Source: Bacteroidota bacterium (GTDB lineage: Bacteria; Bacteroidota; Bacteroidia; UKL13-3). From it: a stretch of DNA of 64,000 nucleotides. The notes beneath the pieces were generated by a model. That model was not told the DNA's origin. It saw only the letters and a program-made list of their open reading frames with translations, and did no database searches. Location: contig CANLPK010000005.1 of the NCBI GenBank assembly GCA_947492885.1, positions 41 through 64,040 on the forward strand, read 5' to 3'. The position numbers and the translations under genes were made by a program. Positions 28,024 through 37,910 of this stretch are shown here, piece by piece. Each line of letters opens with the position of its first letter. Positions within the stretch are counted from its first letter, which is position 1.

Positions 28024-29103
28024 ATGTCATTCAATAGCATAGGCGAGATATTTACAGTCACTACTTTTGGTGAAAGTCATGGAGAAGCTGTGGGCGCAGT
28101 CATTGATGGTTGCCCGTCGAATTTCCTACTCGATTTGGAAGCGATCCAATACCAATTAAATCGCCGCCGTCCAGGCGCAACGGCTGGCAGCACTACCCGA
28201 AAGGAAACCGATGAGTTTAAAATTATAAGTGGGGTATTTGAAGGGAAAACTACCGGAGCACCTATCACCATCATCATCGAAAATAAGGATGCTAAGAGTG
28301 AAGACTATTCAGAAATTAAGAAATTCTATCGCCCGTCGCATGCCGATTTTGTATACGATAAAAAGTATGGGCACTATGATTATAGAGGGGGAGGACGCAG
28401 CAGCGCGAGAACCACAGCCCCATTGGTGGCTGCAGGCGCTATCGCACAGCAACTTTTGGATACTCAAAATATTACAATAGCAAGTTATGTATCGGCAGTA
28501 GGAGAAGTGCGAATCCCCGAAGGTTATGAATTGGATCTAACGCAAATTGATAGCAATAGCGTACGTTGTCCTGATTTAAAAACAGCTAACGAAATGCTTG
28601 CACTTATCGAGAATATTAGAAAAGAAGGAGATACTATTGGAGGGATTATTCGTTGCTCGGCAACAGGTGTTCCTGTTGGTTTGGGTGAACCTCTTTTCGA
28701 AAAATTAAACGCCAATATTGCCAAGGCCATGTTTAGTATTAATGCGGTTAAAGGTGTTGCATTTGGTGATGGATTTGATGGTGCCCGAAGTTTGGGGTCG
28801 AAGCAAAATGATGCATTCGAAAAAACAGAAGCCGGTTGGCATACTACCTCAAACCATAGTGGTGGTATTCAAGGAGGTATAAGCAATGGGATGGAAATCG
28901 TATTCGATGTGGCTTTCAAGCCGGTATCAACTATTATGCAACCCCAAACTACGGCCAATCGAAGTGGGGTGCAGGATATATTGCAGCCAGCGGGCCGTCA
29001 TGACGCCTGTGTGGTACCGAGGGCTGTGCCCATTGTGGATGCCTGCACCGCAATTATTATATTAAATCATTTGTTAATGCGCCGTGCAACGCTATCGTTT
29101 TAA
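28024..29103 (+). CDS. aroC: Chorismate synthase
   Basis: TTFGESHG, RRRPG, RPSHAD, GGGRSSARTT and GRHDACVVPRAVPI signatures. Confidence 0.95.
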   Translation: MSFNSIGEIFTVTTFGESHGEAVGAVIDGCPSNFLLDLEAIQYQLNRRRPGATAGSTTRKETDEFKIISGVFEGKTTGAPITIIIENKDAKSEDYSEIKKFYRPSHADFVYDKKYGHYDYRGGGRSSARTTAPLVAAGAIAQQLLDTQNITIASYVSAVGEVRIPEGYELDLTQIDSNSVRCPDLKTANEMLALIENIRKEGDTIGGIIRCSATGVPVGLGEPLFEKLNANIAKAMFSINAVKGVAFGDGFDGARSLGSKQNDAFEKTEAGWHTTSNHSGGIQGGISNGMEIVFDVAFKPVSTIMQPQTTANRSGVQDILQPAGRHDACVVPRAVPIVDACTAIIILNHLLMRRATLSF

Positions 29104-29116
29104 TTTTCGATTTGAG

Positions 29117-29124
29117 TATATTTG
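29117..29124 (+). promoter_or_regulatory. Candidate -7 promoter box (TAnnTTTG)
   Basis: TATATTTG lies 59 nt upstream of the ATG at 29183. Confidence 0.4.
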
Positions 29125-29182
29125 CATATACATTTAAATTAAGCAACCGAATAGGGTTGAAGTCGTCTATTCAAGTATTCAT

Positions 29183-31282
29183 ATGAAGTATTTTTTCATC
29201 ACCGTTACCTTACTTTTTAGTTCCATTCTAGGGATATCACAAAAATGTGTAAGCGATTATTATTTCGAGCAATATAACAAAGCACATCCTGAGCTTCAAG
29301 CCGAATACAATAAACTAGTATATCAACAAAGCAATGTGTCATTAAACAAAACCAATGGCACGGTACGAATTATTCCCGTGGTGTTTCACGTTATTCATGA
29401 ATACGGGCCTGAGAATATTAGTAAAGCTCAAATTGAAGATGCTATCAGAATTCTAAATGAAGATTTTCGTAAGCTAAATCCGGATACTTCTGATACGCGT
29501 GCTATCTTTAAACCCTATGCTACCGATGCATCTATTGAGTTCCGATTGGCAAAAATTGACCCGAATGGAAACTGCACTGAAGGGATTGAGCGAATTTATA
29601 GTTCACTTACCAACGATGCAGGTAATGCCGTGAAAGCCTTATCCGATTGGGACAATACCAAATATATGAATATCTGGGTAGTGAAAACAATTGCTTCTTC
29701 AGGTGGTACAGGAACAATTCTAGGATATTCTCAATTTCCTGGCCCTTCGGGTGGCGCAGCTGCCACTGATGGTATTGTAATTCGTCATGATTGTGTTGGT
29801 AGAATTGGCACACAGCCTACAAACCCTGGATTTGGTGAGTACGGACGTACCTTAACACATGAAATGGGGCATTCAATGGGGTTATTTCATACCTTTCAAA
29901 GTGGTTGCAATGGTGGTGACCAGGTAAATGATACTCCGCCAGCATCTACAGCAAATTATGGTTGCGTAATCACTACCAACTCATGCGCGAATTTTACCTC
30001 ACCTTATATTTCCGATGTTCCAGATATGTTAGAGAATTATATGGATTATACCAATGGTACTTGTCAGAGTATGTTTAGTGCAGGGCAAAAAGCCAGAATG
30101 GATAATGCACTTTCAAATTATAGAAGCAATTTATACTCGGCCAACAACCTAGCTGCTACCGGTGTTGATGGCAATGGACCAACGAACTGCGCTCCATTGG
30201 CCGATTTTATTATCAATAAAACCTCTGGTTGCACGGGTACCGCATTCTCAGTCACCGATTTAAGTTATAATGGTCCTATCTCTAATTGGAATTGGACATT
30301 CACAGGAGCTGCAACACCAAATAGCACCATACAAAACCCAACGAATGTGATTTGGAATACGCCAGGAACTTATACCATTTCACTTACCGTTTCAAATGCT
30401 AATGGTAGCAATACACAAACTCGCACCAGCTATGTAGTTATTTCTCCACTTCAGGCTGTTGATCCAGTTCCAGTATTTCAAGGATTCGAAAGTGCCTCAC
30501 TTGCCAATGATGGATGGGTACTGGATAATGGAGGAAATAGTACTACATGGCAACGTATTACCTCATCGAAAAGAAGTGGTGCAGCATGTTTCTATATCAA
30601 ACATTATAATGCAACGGGTACATCAAGTGGCGATATCGATGCATTCTATAGCAAAGCGTATAATTTCACTAATGTTACCAAGCCGGTTATTACCTTTTAT
30701 TCGGCCTACGCACAGCGGGTCACTGGTGTGAACGATGTTTTGAAAATGTATATCTCAACCGATTGCGGGCAAAGCTGGCAAGTGAAAATTTCTAAAGCTG
30801 GAAACAGTTTGGCAGGTGGTGTTGCAATGAATGCAAATAGCTATGTGCCAGCAGCATCCGATTGGTTCTTACAGACCTACGATTTAATTTCATTTGCAGG
30901 ATTGCCTAACATACGTTTCCGCTTTGAAACAGTAAGTAAGGAGGGAAATAATATCTATATCGACGATATCAATATAAAGGATTTAGCCAACGGAATAAGT
31001 TTAAAGCCAGAGGCTTCTAATATTGGATTGAAAGTAATTCCGAATCCATTTGCCAACAGTACTAGTTTGCAGTTTGTGTTAAACAATCAAGCGGCAGTGA
31101 GTGTGAAAATTATTGATGTACTCGGCAACGAAGTTGTTTGCAGCGATAATAAAATTTATGAAGCTGGGAATATTTCACTTCCGGTGTCAGCATCACAACT
31201 CGAGAACTTGTCGGGCAGCGTTTACTATGTGCAAGTTACCATCGATGGTATTCCATACACACGTAAGTTTGTGAAACTCTAA
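29183..31282 (+). CDS. Secreted M43-type zinc metalloprotease with a PKD-like domain and a T9SS C-terminal sorting domain
   Basis: Signal peptide. Zinc motif HEMGHSMGLFHTF. PKD-like segment WNWTFTGAATPN...GTYTISLTVSNANG. C-terminal tail LKVIPNPFANSTSLQF...YYVQVTIDG, typical of a T9SS CTD. Confidence 0.8.
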   Translation: MKYFFITVTLLFSSILGISQKCVSDYYFEQYNKAHPELQAEYNKLVYQQSNVSLNKTNGTVRIIPVVFHVIHEYGPENISKAQIEDAIRILNEDFRKLNPDTSDTRAIFKPYATDASIEFRLAKIDPNGNCTEGIERIYSSLTNDAGNAVKALSDWDNTKYMNIWVVKTIASSGGTGTILGYSQFPGPSGGAAATDGIVIRHDCVGRIGTQPTNPGFGEYGRTLTHEMGHSMGLFHTFQSGCNGGDQVNDTPPASTANYGCVITTNSCANFTSPYISDVPDMLENYMDYTNGTCQSMFSAGQKARMDNALSNYRSNLYSANNLAATGVDGNGPTNCAPLADFIINKTSGCTGTAFSVTDLSYNGPISNWNWTFTGAATPNSTIQNPTNVIWNTPGTYTISLTVSNANGSNTQTRTSYVVISPLQAVDPVPVFQGFESASLANDGWVLDNGGNSTTWQRITSSKRSGAACFYIKHYNATGTSSGDIDAFYSKAYNFTNVTKPVITFYSAYAQRVTGVNDVLKMYISTDCGQSWQVKISKAGNSLAGGVAMNANSYVPAASDWFLQTYDLISFAGLPNIRFRFETVSKEGNNIYIDDINIKDLANGISLKPEASNIGLKVIPNPFANSTSLQFVLNNQAAVSVKIIDVLGNEVVCSDNKIYEAGNISLPVSASQLENLSGSVYYVQVTIDGIPYTRKFVKL

Positions 31283-31292
31283 GAGAATTCTC

Positions 31293-32087
31293 TTAACTTA
31301 TTTTTCCTGATAATTTCAAGGCTTCGGCTCTTGCTTTTTCCGCAAAATCTTCACCTGAAGAGGCATACAAAATTTGTCGTGAAGAGTTTACCAAGAGTCC
31401 TGTTTGTCCGGGAATACCGCCATATTTAAGCACCTCATCAATATCTCCTCCTTGGGCACCTACCCCAGGAATTAAAAGAAAATGTTCGGGTACAATGGCT
31501 CTGATTTGAGCTAATGAAGGAGCTTTGGTTGCCCCCACTACATACATCATATTATCGGGAGTGCCCCATTCTTTAGATGTTTTTAGTACCTTCTCATAAA
31601 CAAATTCGTCTCCAGTTTTTAGCTGTTCAAAATCGATACTTCCGGCATTGCTGGTAAGTGCCAGTATTATGGTTGTTTTGTCTTTGTATTCAAGAAAAGG
31701 TTTCACACTATCGCTTCCCATATAAGGTGAAACGGTGATCGCATCGAATGATAAAGTTTCGAAGAATGCTTTTGCATACATGGTGCTGGTATTCCCAATA
31801 TCACCTCGTTTTGCATCGGCAATGGTGAATATATTTTTTGGGATATATGCCAAGGTGGCTTCCATCAAATCCCATCCTTTCGCTCCAAGGCATTCGTAAA
31901 ATGCGGTATTGATTTTATAGGAAACGCAGCAATCGGCGGTGGCATCAATGATGGCCTTGTTAAATTCAAGAATTGCATTCGGACGGCCTTTTAAATGAGT
32001 TGGTATTTTTGCTAAGTCGGTATCCAATCCTACACAAAGGCATGTTCTTTTTTCTTGGATATCGGCTATCAGTTTATTTCTAGACAT
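31293..32087 (-). CDS. pyrF: Orotidine-5'-phosphate decarboxylase (type 2)
   Basis: LCVGLDTD, FTIADAKRGDIGNT and PGVGAQGG motifs. Confidence 0.9.
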   Translation of the reverse strand: MSRNKLIADIQEKRTCLCVGLDTDLAKIPTHLKGRPNAILEFNKAIIDATADCCVSYKINTAFYECLGAKGWDLMEATLAYIPKNIFTIADAKRGDIGNTSTMYAKAFFETLSFDAITVSPYMGSDSVKPFLEYKDKTTIILALTSNAGSIDFEQLKTGDEFVYEKVLKTSKEWGTPDNMMYVVGATKAPSLAQIRAIVPEHFLLIPGVGAQGGDIDEVLKYGGIPGQTGLLVNSSRQILYASSGEDFAEKARAEALKLSGKIS

Positions 32088-32105
32088 TGTAAATTGGGGC
32101 TATTT

Positions 32106-33986
32106 TTAGCTTACAAAGCTTTGTTCATACATTTTATCAATCTCCGTATTGTAGCGTTGTTCAACTACTTTTCGTTTCACTTTTAGGGTAAGGGTATATT
32201 CACCCGACTCAATGGTGAAAGGAGTGCGTTTGATGAGGAAATTCTTTATACGCTCAAACTTGGCAAGTTCATTACTTAATTTATGAATATCATCGGCCAT
32301 CCATTTATGAATTTCTTCATCTTCAATAAATATTTCATCTTGTTCGAAAAATGCTTCCGTTTTTCCAAACTTTTCTTTCAATTCTTCTTTGTTGGGTACA
32401 ATAATGGCGGTAGTATATTCTCTTTTATCACCAATGATAAAAATTTGTTCCACCTTAGTGCTCTTGCTATAGCAGGCTTCTAAAGGGGTTGGGTAAATAT
32501 TTTTGCCAAGGCTATTTACGAGCATGTTTTTTATACGGTCGGTAATTTTTAAATAGCCTTTATAAAATTGCCCAATATCACCGGTATGAAACCATCCATC
32601 GGCATCCATCACTTCCTTGGTTGCCTCAGGCTTATTCCAATAGCCTTTCATAATATTGGGGCCTTTAATTAATATCTCACCTTCTACACAACTAAACTTT
32701 GGATCGAAGCTGTCGTAAGTTTGAATAGTAATTATCTCCTTGGTATCAGGGTTTTGGATGGCACATTGTTGTTCGATCGCGATTCGTCCTACAGTACCAT
32801 ATACTTGCCTTTCGAATTCATTGATTGAACAAAATGGAGAAGTCTCGGTAAGTCCGTATCCTTCCATCACGGTAACATCCAAATTCTTAAAGAAGATACC
32901 TATATGTGGTTGCATGGCGGCACCACCACTCACCACTAAGCGCATCTTACCACCCATTTTTGCCTGGATTTTTTGAAATACCAAAGCATCAGCAATTTTT
33001 AATTTCAATGATAACCAAGGTCCTGGCTTCAATCCATCTTCATTAAGTAGTCGCTTTCTATTCCCTTGTCTGAATGCCCAGTAAAATATTTTTGTTTTGA
33101 TGCCACCACTTTCAGTAGCCGTTTTGTGAACCTTGTCGTGAATTTTTTCCAATAGCCTTGGAACCGATGCCATAATGGTAGGCTGTACTTCCATAATGTT
33201 TTTGGCAATTGTTTCAATACCTTGTGCAAATGCAATGGTGCTACCTATATAGGTGCTTAGGTAGTAGGTAGCCAATCGTTCATATACATGGCAAAGGGGC
33301 AAGAAAGAGAGGAATACATCATCTTTGCCAATGGCATTTACTACCATTTTAGCTGCCACACAATTACTCATGAAATTCATGTGACTCAGCATTACCCCCT
33401 TTGGAACGCCTGTAGTACCTGAGGTGTAAATCAAAGTAGCTAAATCATCGGGCTGAATACTCTCTAATATTTCTTGAATTCTTGATTTCTGATTTGCATA
33501 CGATTCACTTCCTTGTTTCAATACAGCATCAAGAGAAATTACCTTCGGATTTTGATCTGTTGGTTCAAAAGTGGTTATGATTTTAATCAGGTCAGTGCCT
33601 TTTGCGTCAATTTTCAGAATTCGTTTTAAGAGAAAAGGGGTGCCAGCGATAATTGCTTTACTACCACTATCTTTTAAAATATACTCTACTTCCGACTCTG
33701 TAAGTGTTGGGTAAATGGAAGCATTAATTAAGCCCAATTGCATGCAGGCCTGATCCACAAAAATATATTCTGGAGAGTTTTCAATGATAAATGCAACCCT
33801 GTCGCCCTTTTGCAGCCCCGCATCGAGAAAGTAACTGCTTATGGCATTTATTTTTTCCGTAGCGTCAGCATAGCTGATATCTACATAAGTATTGCCAACT
33901 TTGTGTTTTAAAAATGTGGCAGCTGGTGTCCGAATATTATTTGCCGAATTCAGATAAAAATGATGCAGTGACTTTAGATCCGTCAT
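32106..33986 (-). CDS. Long-chain-fatty-acid--CoA ligase (ANL superfamily)
   Basis: LIYTSGTTGVPKGVMLSH, EGYGLTETS, WFHTGDIG and TLKVKRK motifs. 626 aa. Confidence 0.85.
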   Translation of the reverse strand: MTDLKSLHHFYLNSANNIRTPAATFLKHKVGNTYVDISYADATEKINAISSYFLDAGLQKGDRVAFIIENSPEYIFVDQACMQLGLINASIYPTLTESEVEYILKDSGSKAIIAGTPFLLKRILKIDAKGTDLIKIITTFEPTDQNPKVISLDAVLKQGSESYANQKSRIQEILESIQPDDLATLIYTSGTTGVPKGVMLSHMNFMSNCVAAKMVVNAIGKDDVFLSFLPLCHVYERLATYYLSTYIGSTIAFAQGIETIAKNIMEVQPTIMASVPRLLEKIHDKVHKTATESGGIKTKIFYWAFRQGNRKRLLNEDGLKPGPWLSLKLKIADALVFQKIQAKMGGKMRLVVSGGAAMQPHIGIFFKNLDVTVMEGYGLTETSPFCSINEFERQVYGTVGRIAIEQQCAIQNPDTKEIITIQTYDSFDPKFSCVEGEILIKGPNIMKGYWNKPEATKEVMDADGWFHTGDIGQFYKGYLKITDRIKNMLVNSLGKNIYPTPLEACYSKSTKVEQIFIIGDKREYTTAIIVPNKEELKEKFGKTEAFFEQDEIFIEDEEIHKWMADDIHKLSNELAKFERIKNFLIKRTPFTIESGEYTLTLKVKRKVVEQRYNTEIDKMYEQSFVS

Positions 33987-34069
33987 AAAAAATAAATTAA
34001 TGCTGCAAATAGAAAAAGATTTGTGACATACGCAAAACTCTTTTATGCATACTTTTCCTCTATTTTTCT

Positions 34070-34077
34070 TACTTTTG
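34070..34077 (+). promoter_or_regulatory. Candidate -7 promoter box (TAnnTTTG)
   Basis: TACTTTTG lies 23 nt upstream of the ATG at 34100. Confidence 0.5.
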
Positions 34078-34099
34078 CAAAAAAATACAACATATTATT

Positions 34100-35356
34100 A
34101 TGGCTGATTTATTTGACAAAATTTTAAAGAATATGGGCCCGATTGGAGAGCACGCCAAAGAAAGCCATGGTTATTTCACATTTCCAAAATTGGAAGGTGA
34201 AATCAATACCCACATGGGTTTCAGAGGCACAGAGATGCTTAATTGGAGTTTGAATAATTATTTAGGACTAGCCAATCACCCGGAAGTGCGAAAAGCAGAT
34301 GCGGATGCGGCTATAAAATACGGACTAGCGTTGCCAATGGGTGCGCGTATGATGAGTGGTAACAGTGATAACCATGAGGCTTTAGAAAATGAATTGAGCA
34401 AATTCATCAATAAAGAGGCCACCTTCTTATTAAACTTTGGATATCAAGGTGTGCTAAGTGCCATTGATGCATTGGTTGATCGTCGTGATGTGATTGTATA
34501 TGATGCTGAAAGTCACGCATGTATCATCGACGGTGTGCGTTTACACCAAGGAAAGCGCTTTGTGTTTACTCACAATGATATGGCTTCACTCGAAAAGCAA
34601 TTACAGCGTGCTACAAAACTGGTAGCGGAAACTGATGGTGCTATTATGGTAATTACCGAAGGGGTATTTGGAATGAGAGGCGATTTGGGTGCATTGGATC
34701 AAATTGTTGCAATGAAGAGCAAATATCAATTCAGATTATTCGTAGATGATGCACACGGTTTTGGTACCATGGGTAAAACAGGAGCTGGTACTGGTGAGCA
34801 TTTCGGTGTTCAAGATGGTATCGATATCTACTTCTCAACCTTCGCTAAATCAATGGCAGGAATTGGAGCATTCATCAGCAGTCAAAAAGAAATTATCACC
34901 TTCTTGCAATATAATATGCGCTCACAGATTTTCGCAAAATCACTTCCAATGCCATTGGTAGTTGGAATGCGTAAGCGCCTCGACCTCATTAAAAGCATGC
35001 CTGAACTGAAGGAAAATCTTTGGAAGATTGTAAGAGCATTGCAAGGCGGATTGAAAGAATACGGTCTGGAAATTGGTCCTACAGCTTCTCCTGTTACTCC
35101 AGTTTATTTGAGCGGAAGTATTCCGGAAGCAACCCATATGGTTTACGATTTACGCGAAAACTATGGTATCTTTTGTTCAATGGTAACCTACCCAGTAATT
35201 CCAAAAGGGATGATAATCCTTCGTTTGATTCCTACGGCTGCGCATACCTTAGAAGATGTACAAAAAACATTGGAAGCATTTAAAAAGGTTGCAGTAAAAT
35301 TGAAAGATGGTGAATATGCAAAACATGATAAAATTGTTGAAGGTGTGGCGCAATAA
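34100..35356 (+). CDS. PLP-dependent alpha-oxoamine synthase (serine palmitoyltransferase / cysteate-acyltransferase / Kbl-BioF family)
   Basis: YFTFPKLEGE...NWSLNNYLGLANHP, DDAHGFG, and the PLP-lysine motif STFAKSMAG. Confidence 0.8.
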   Translation: MADLFDKILKNMGPIGEHAKESHGYFTFPKLEGEINTHMGFRGTEMLNWSLNNYLGLANHPEVRKADADAAIKYGLALPMGARMMSGNSDNHEALENELSKFINKEATFLLNFGYQGVLSAIDALVDRRDVIVYDAESHACIIDGVRLHQGKRFVFTHNDMASLEKQLQRATKLVAETDGAIMVITEGVFGMRGDLGALDQIVAMKSKYQFRLFVDDAHGFGTMGKTGAGTGEHFGVQDGIDIYFSTFAKSMAGIGAFISSQKEIITFLQYNMRSQIFAKSLPMPLVVGMRKRLDLIKSMPELKENLWKIVRALQGGLKEYGLEIGPTASPVTPVYLSGSIPEATHMVYDLRENYGIFCSMVTYPVIPKGMIILRLIPTAAHTLEDVQKTLEAFKKVAVKLKDGEYAKHDKIVEGVAQ

Positions 35357-35375
35357 TGAAAATTAAAATACCGAA

Positions 35376-35407
35376 AGCCTCAGAATTTAATTCTGGGGCT
35401 TTTTTTG
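35376..35407 (+). terminator. Rho-independent terminator
   Basis: agcctcagaa-tttaa-ttctggggct followed by tttttt. Confidence 0.75.
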
Positions 35408-35485
35408 TTTTTATAATTTTCATTTTGATTGGTTTTCAATGTGAATTAATTTAAAAAAAGGTTATTTTCGTACTCGTAAATTTTT

Positions 35486-36088
35486 ATGGCTATCTATCGT
35501 TTTAAATGCTCTATTGAAGAATACGACGACCTTTTTAGGTTCGTTGAAGTGAAGTCGGGCAGCACCTTTGCTTCCTTCCGTGATATTATCCTTCAGTCGT
35601 TTGGCTTCGATAACCATCTCGATTGCTCTTTCTTTATGAGCGATGATAAATGGAGAATGAACGATGAAATTACCAGCGGCAAAAAAACTTTGAAAGGTAA
35701 GCCTTCAGAGAATATTGCTGCAGATTCTAAATTATCGAAATTTATTTTTGATCCTCACCAAAAAATCCTCATGATCTATGACTATTCTAAAGAATGGGTT
35801 TTTAGACTGGAGATGGTGAATATTAGCCCGAATGCCAAGGACGGCGTAACCTACCCTTTCATATTTAAGAGTGTTGGTATTGCCCCTAAACAATACCAAA
35901 CCATTGGGGTGCCTAATGCCAAAGCAGAAGAAGAGGATGAATTTGAGTTTATAAAAAATCAAATACTCGTTGCCGATGAAGGGGAAGTAGATGAAGATGG
36001 TTTTAAGGAAACCAACGAAGACGGCGAAGAGGAGGAATCGGACGACGATGCAGCAGGCGACGATATCGTTGCTGATGACGATTTATAA
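35486..36088 (+). CDS. pRiA4b-ORF3-like domain protein with a strongly acidic C-terminal tail
   Basis: The N-terminus MAIYRFKCSIEEYDDLFRFVEV... resembles the PRiA4_ORF3 family as I recall it. The tail is EEEDEFEF...EDGEEEESDDDAAGDDIVADDDL. Confidence 0.5.
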   Translation: MAIYRFKCSIEEYDDLFRFVEVKSGSTFASFRDIILQSFGFDNHLDCSFFMSDDKWRMNDEITSGKKTLKGKPSENIAADSKLSKFIFDPHQKILMIYDYSKEWVFRLEMVNISPNAKDGVTYPFIFKSVGIAPKQYQTIGVPNAKAEEEDEFEFIKNQILVADEGEVDEDGFKETNEDGEEEESDDDAAGDDIVADDDL

Positions 36089-36089
36089 A

Positions 36090-36995
36090 ATGAGTACCAC
36101 GAAGACACTTCTCTGTGTTGTGGGTGCTACTGCTTCCGGCAAAACATCATTGGCAATTTCTTTGGCAAATCAATTTCATGCCGAAATAATTTCTGCCGAT
36201 TCCAGACAATTTTATAAAGAACTTTCAATAGGTACCGCAAAGCCTACAACTGAAGAGCTTTCACAAGCCTCCCATCATTTTGTTGGGAATAAAAGCATTC
36301 AAGAAACATACAGCGCTGGCGATTTTGAAAAGGATGCATTGCGAAAATTGGATGAATTGTTCTTGGAAAAAGATATCGTAGTCATGGTAGGAGGAAGTGG
36401 TATGTATATCGACGCCGTATGTAAAGGCTTCGACCCCTTGCCAAAGGCCACCGAAGCATTACGGCAAACTATCATTGAGCGATATCAGGAAGAAGGGATT
36501 TCTTATTTGCAAGAAAAAATAAAAGTACTCGATCCCATTTTGTACTCGAGTGTTGATATTCAAAACCCACAGCGATTGATGCGTGCACTGGAAGTAATTG
36601 AAACTACAGGTAAACCCTTCTCTGAATTTCATAAGCAGGAGGTAAAGCCACGTAATTTTCGAATTGTAACCATTGGTATCGATTTACCTCGTGAATTTCT
36701 CTATCAACGAATCAATCAAAGGGTTGACGATATGATTCAATTGGGCTTGGAAGATGAAGTGCGACAATTTGCAGATCAAAAAAATGCTTATGCCTTAAGA
36801 ACTGTTGGATATTCAGAATTCTTCGATTATTTTGAAGGCAAACAATCCCTGCCAATGACCATTGAATTAATAAAACAACATACCCGAAACTTCGCCAAAA
36901 GACAACTCACCTGGTTTAGAAGAAACACAGAAATAATTTGGGTTGACCCCAAAAATGAATTAGCGATATTTGCAAAAATAAAAGAACAACTATAG
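36090..36995 (+). CDS. miaA: tRNA dimethylallyltransferase
   Basis: Start at MSTTKTLLCVVGATASGKTSL (P-loop). SADSRQFYKELSIGTAKP and QRLMRALEV motifs. The ATG follows the upstream TAA stop by one base (TAAAATG). Confidence 0.92.
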   Translation: MSTTKTLLCVVGATASGKTSLAISLANQFHAEIISADSRQFYKELSIGTAKPTTEELSQASHHFVGNKSIQETYSAGDFEKDALRKLDELFLEKDIVVMVGGSGMYIDAVCKGFDPLPKATEALRQTIIERYQEEGISYLQEKIKVLDPILYSSVDIQNPQRLMRALEVIETTGKPFSEFHKQEVKPRNFRIVTIGIDLPREFLYQRINQRVDDMIQLGLEDEVRQFADQKNAYALRTVGYSEFFDYFEGKQSLPMTIELIKQHTRNFAKRQLTWFRRNTEIIWVDPKNELAIFAKIKEQL

Positions 36996-36999
36996 ACCA

Positions 37000-37734
37000 A
37001 TGGATTTATCTGGCTTTACCAATATTTTTACCACCACCGGTGGATGGATTAGTTTGATTACCCTCACTTTTATGGAGGTGATTTTGGGAATTGATAATAT
37101 CATTTTCGTTTCCATTATTACCAATAGGGCCGAAAAGATTCACCAGAAAAGGGCCCGAACCATTGGGCTTTTGCTTGCATTACTAATTCGTATTGCACTA
37201 TTATTCATTATTCAACTTATCCTACAATCGGAGCATTATACGCTCTTCGAAGCGGGTGGACACCAAATTTCAATAAAGGATCTCATCCTTATTTTAGGAG
37301 GACTATTCCTCATTTATAAAAGCACTACCGAAATACATCATAAGTTTGATGTTGATGAAAACGTAGAGAATGAAGAGAAAACAAAAATGGGTTTTGCGAA
37401 TGTGATTGTGCAAATCATGATTATCAATTTAGTATTCTCTCTCGACTCTATAATCACTGCAATTGGACTTACCCAAAGTATTCCGGTAATGATGATTGCT
37501 GTTATTGTTTCTATGCTAATTATGATTGCCGTAACAGGATTCATTAGCGAATTTATTGAAAAACATCCTACCATTAAGATGCTTGCCTTATCCTTCCTAT
37601 TGATGATTGGTTGCTTATTGGTGGTTGAGGCCCTCGATGTGCATGTAGAAAAGAACTATATCTATTTTACAATGGCCTTCTCTTTGGGTGTTGAAATGCT
37701 CAATATCCGATTGCGTAAGAAACTCAAACGCTAA
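37000..37734 (+). CDS. TerC-family integral membrane protein
   Basis: Multi-TM protein. GIDNIIFVSII and SLDSIITAIG are the paired TerC-family motifs. Confidence 0.8.
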   Translation: MDLSGFTNIFTTTGGWISLITLTFMEVILGIDNIIFVSIITNRAEKIHQKRARTIGLLLALLIRIALLFIIQLILQSEHYTLFEAGGHQISIKDLILILGGLFLIYKSTTEIHHKFDVDENVENEEKTKMGFANVIVQIMIINLVFSLDSIITAIGLTQSIPVMMIAVIVSMLIMIAVTGFISEFIEKHPTIKMLALSFLLMIGCLLVVEALDVHVEKNYIYFTMAFSLGVEMLNIRLRKKLKR

Positions 37735-37748
37735 TTAGGTGTTTTGAG

Positions 37749-37770
37749 AGGTCAAGCTGACCTTATTTTT
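37749..37770 (+). terminator. Possible short terminator hairpin
   Basis: aggtca-agc-tgacct followed by tattttt. The stem is short and the loop minimal. Confidence 0.4.
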
Positions 37771-37910
37771 CATCTCTCATTTTCAGGCATTTGCATTTTC
37801 ATTGATATGATTTATGGAATTGTTGCGTTTACTTCATCTATAACAAAAATGGATGCAACCATTTACCTTTTATATCCGATTATCATTAAAAGTACTAACC
37901 CTGCATAATC

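Noticed and set aside
31279-31296. A perfect 12-bp palindrome, AGAGAATTCTCT, lies between the convergent protease and pyrF genes. I considered it as a terminator or operator.
   Set aside because: The stem is too short, there is essentially no loop, and no flanking T-run. It is more likely chance or a weak structural element, and there is not enough evidence to call it.
35991-36089. A long N-terminal extension of miaA (start at 35991) overlapping the upstream gene.
   Set aside because: The extension is a basic, low-complexity read-through of the acidic tail region in another frame. The canonical MiaA P-loop N-terminus begins at the ATG at 36090.
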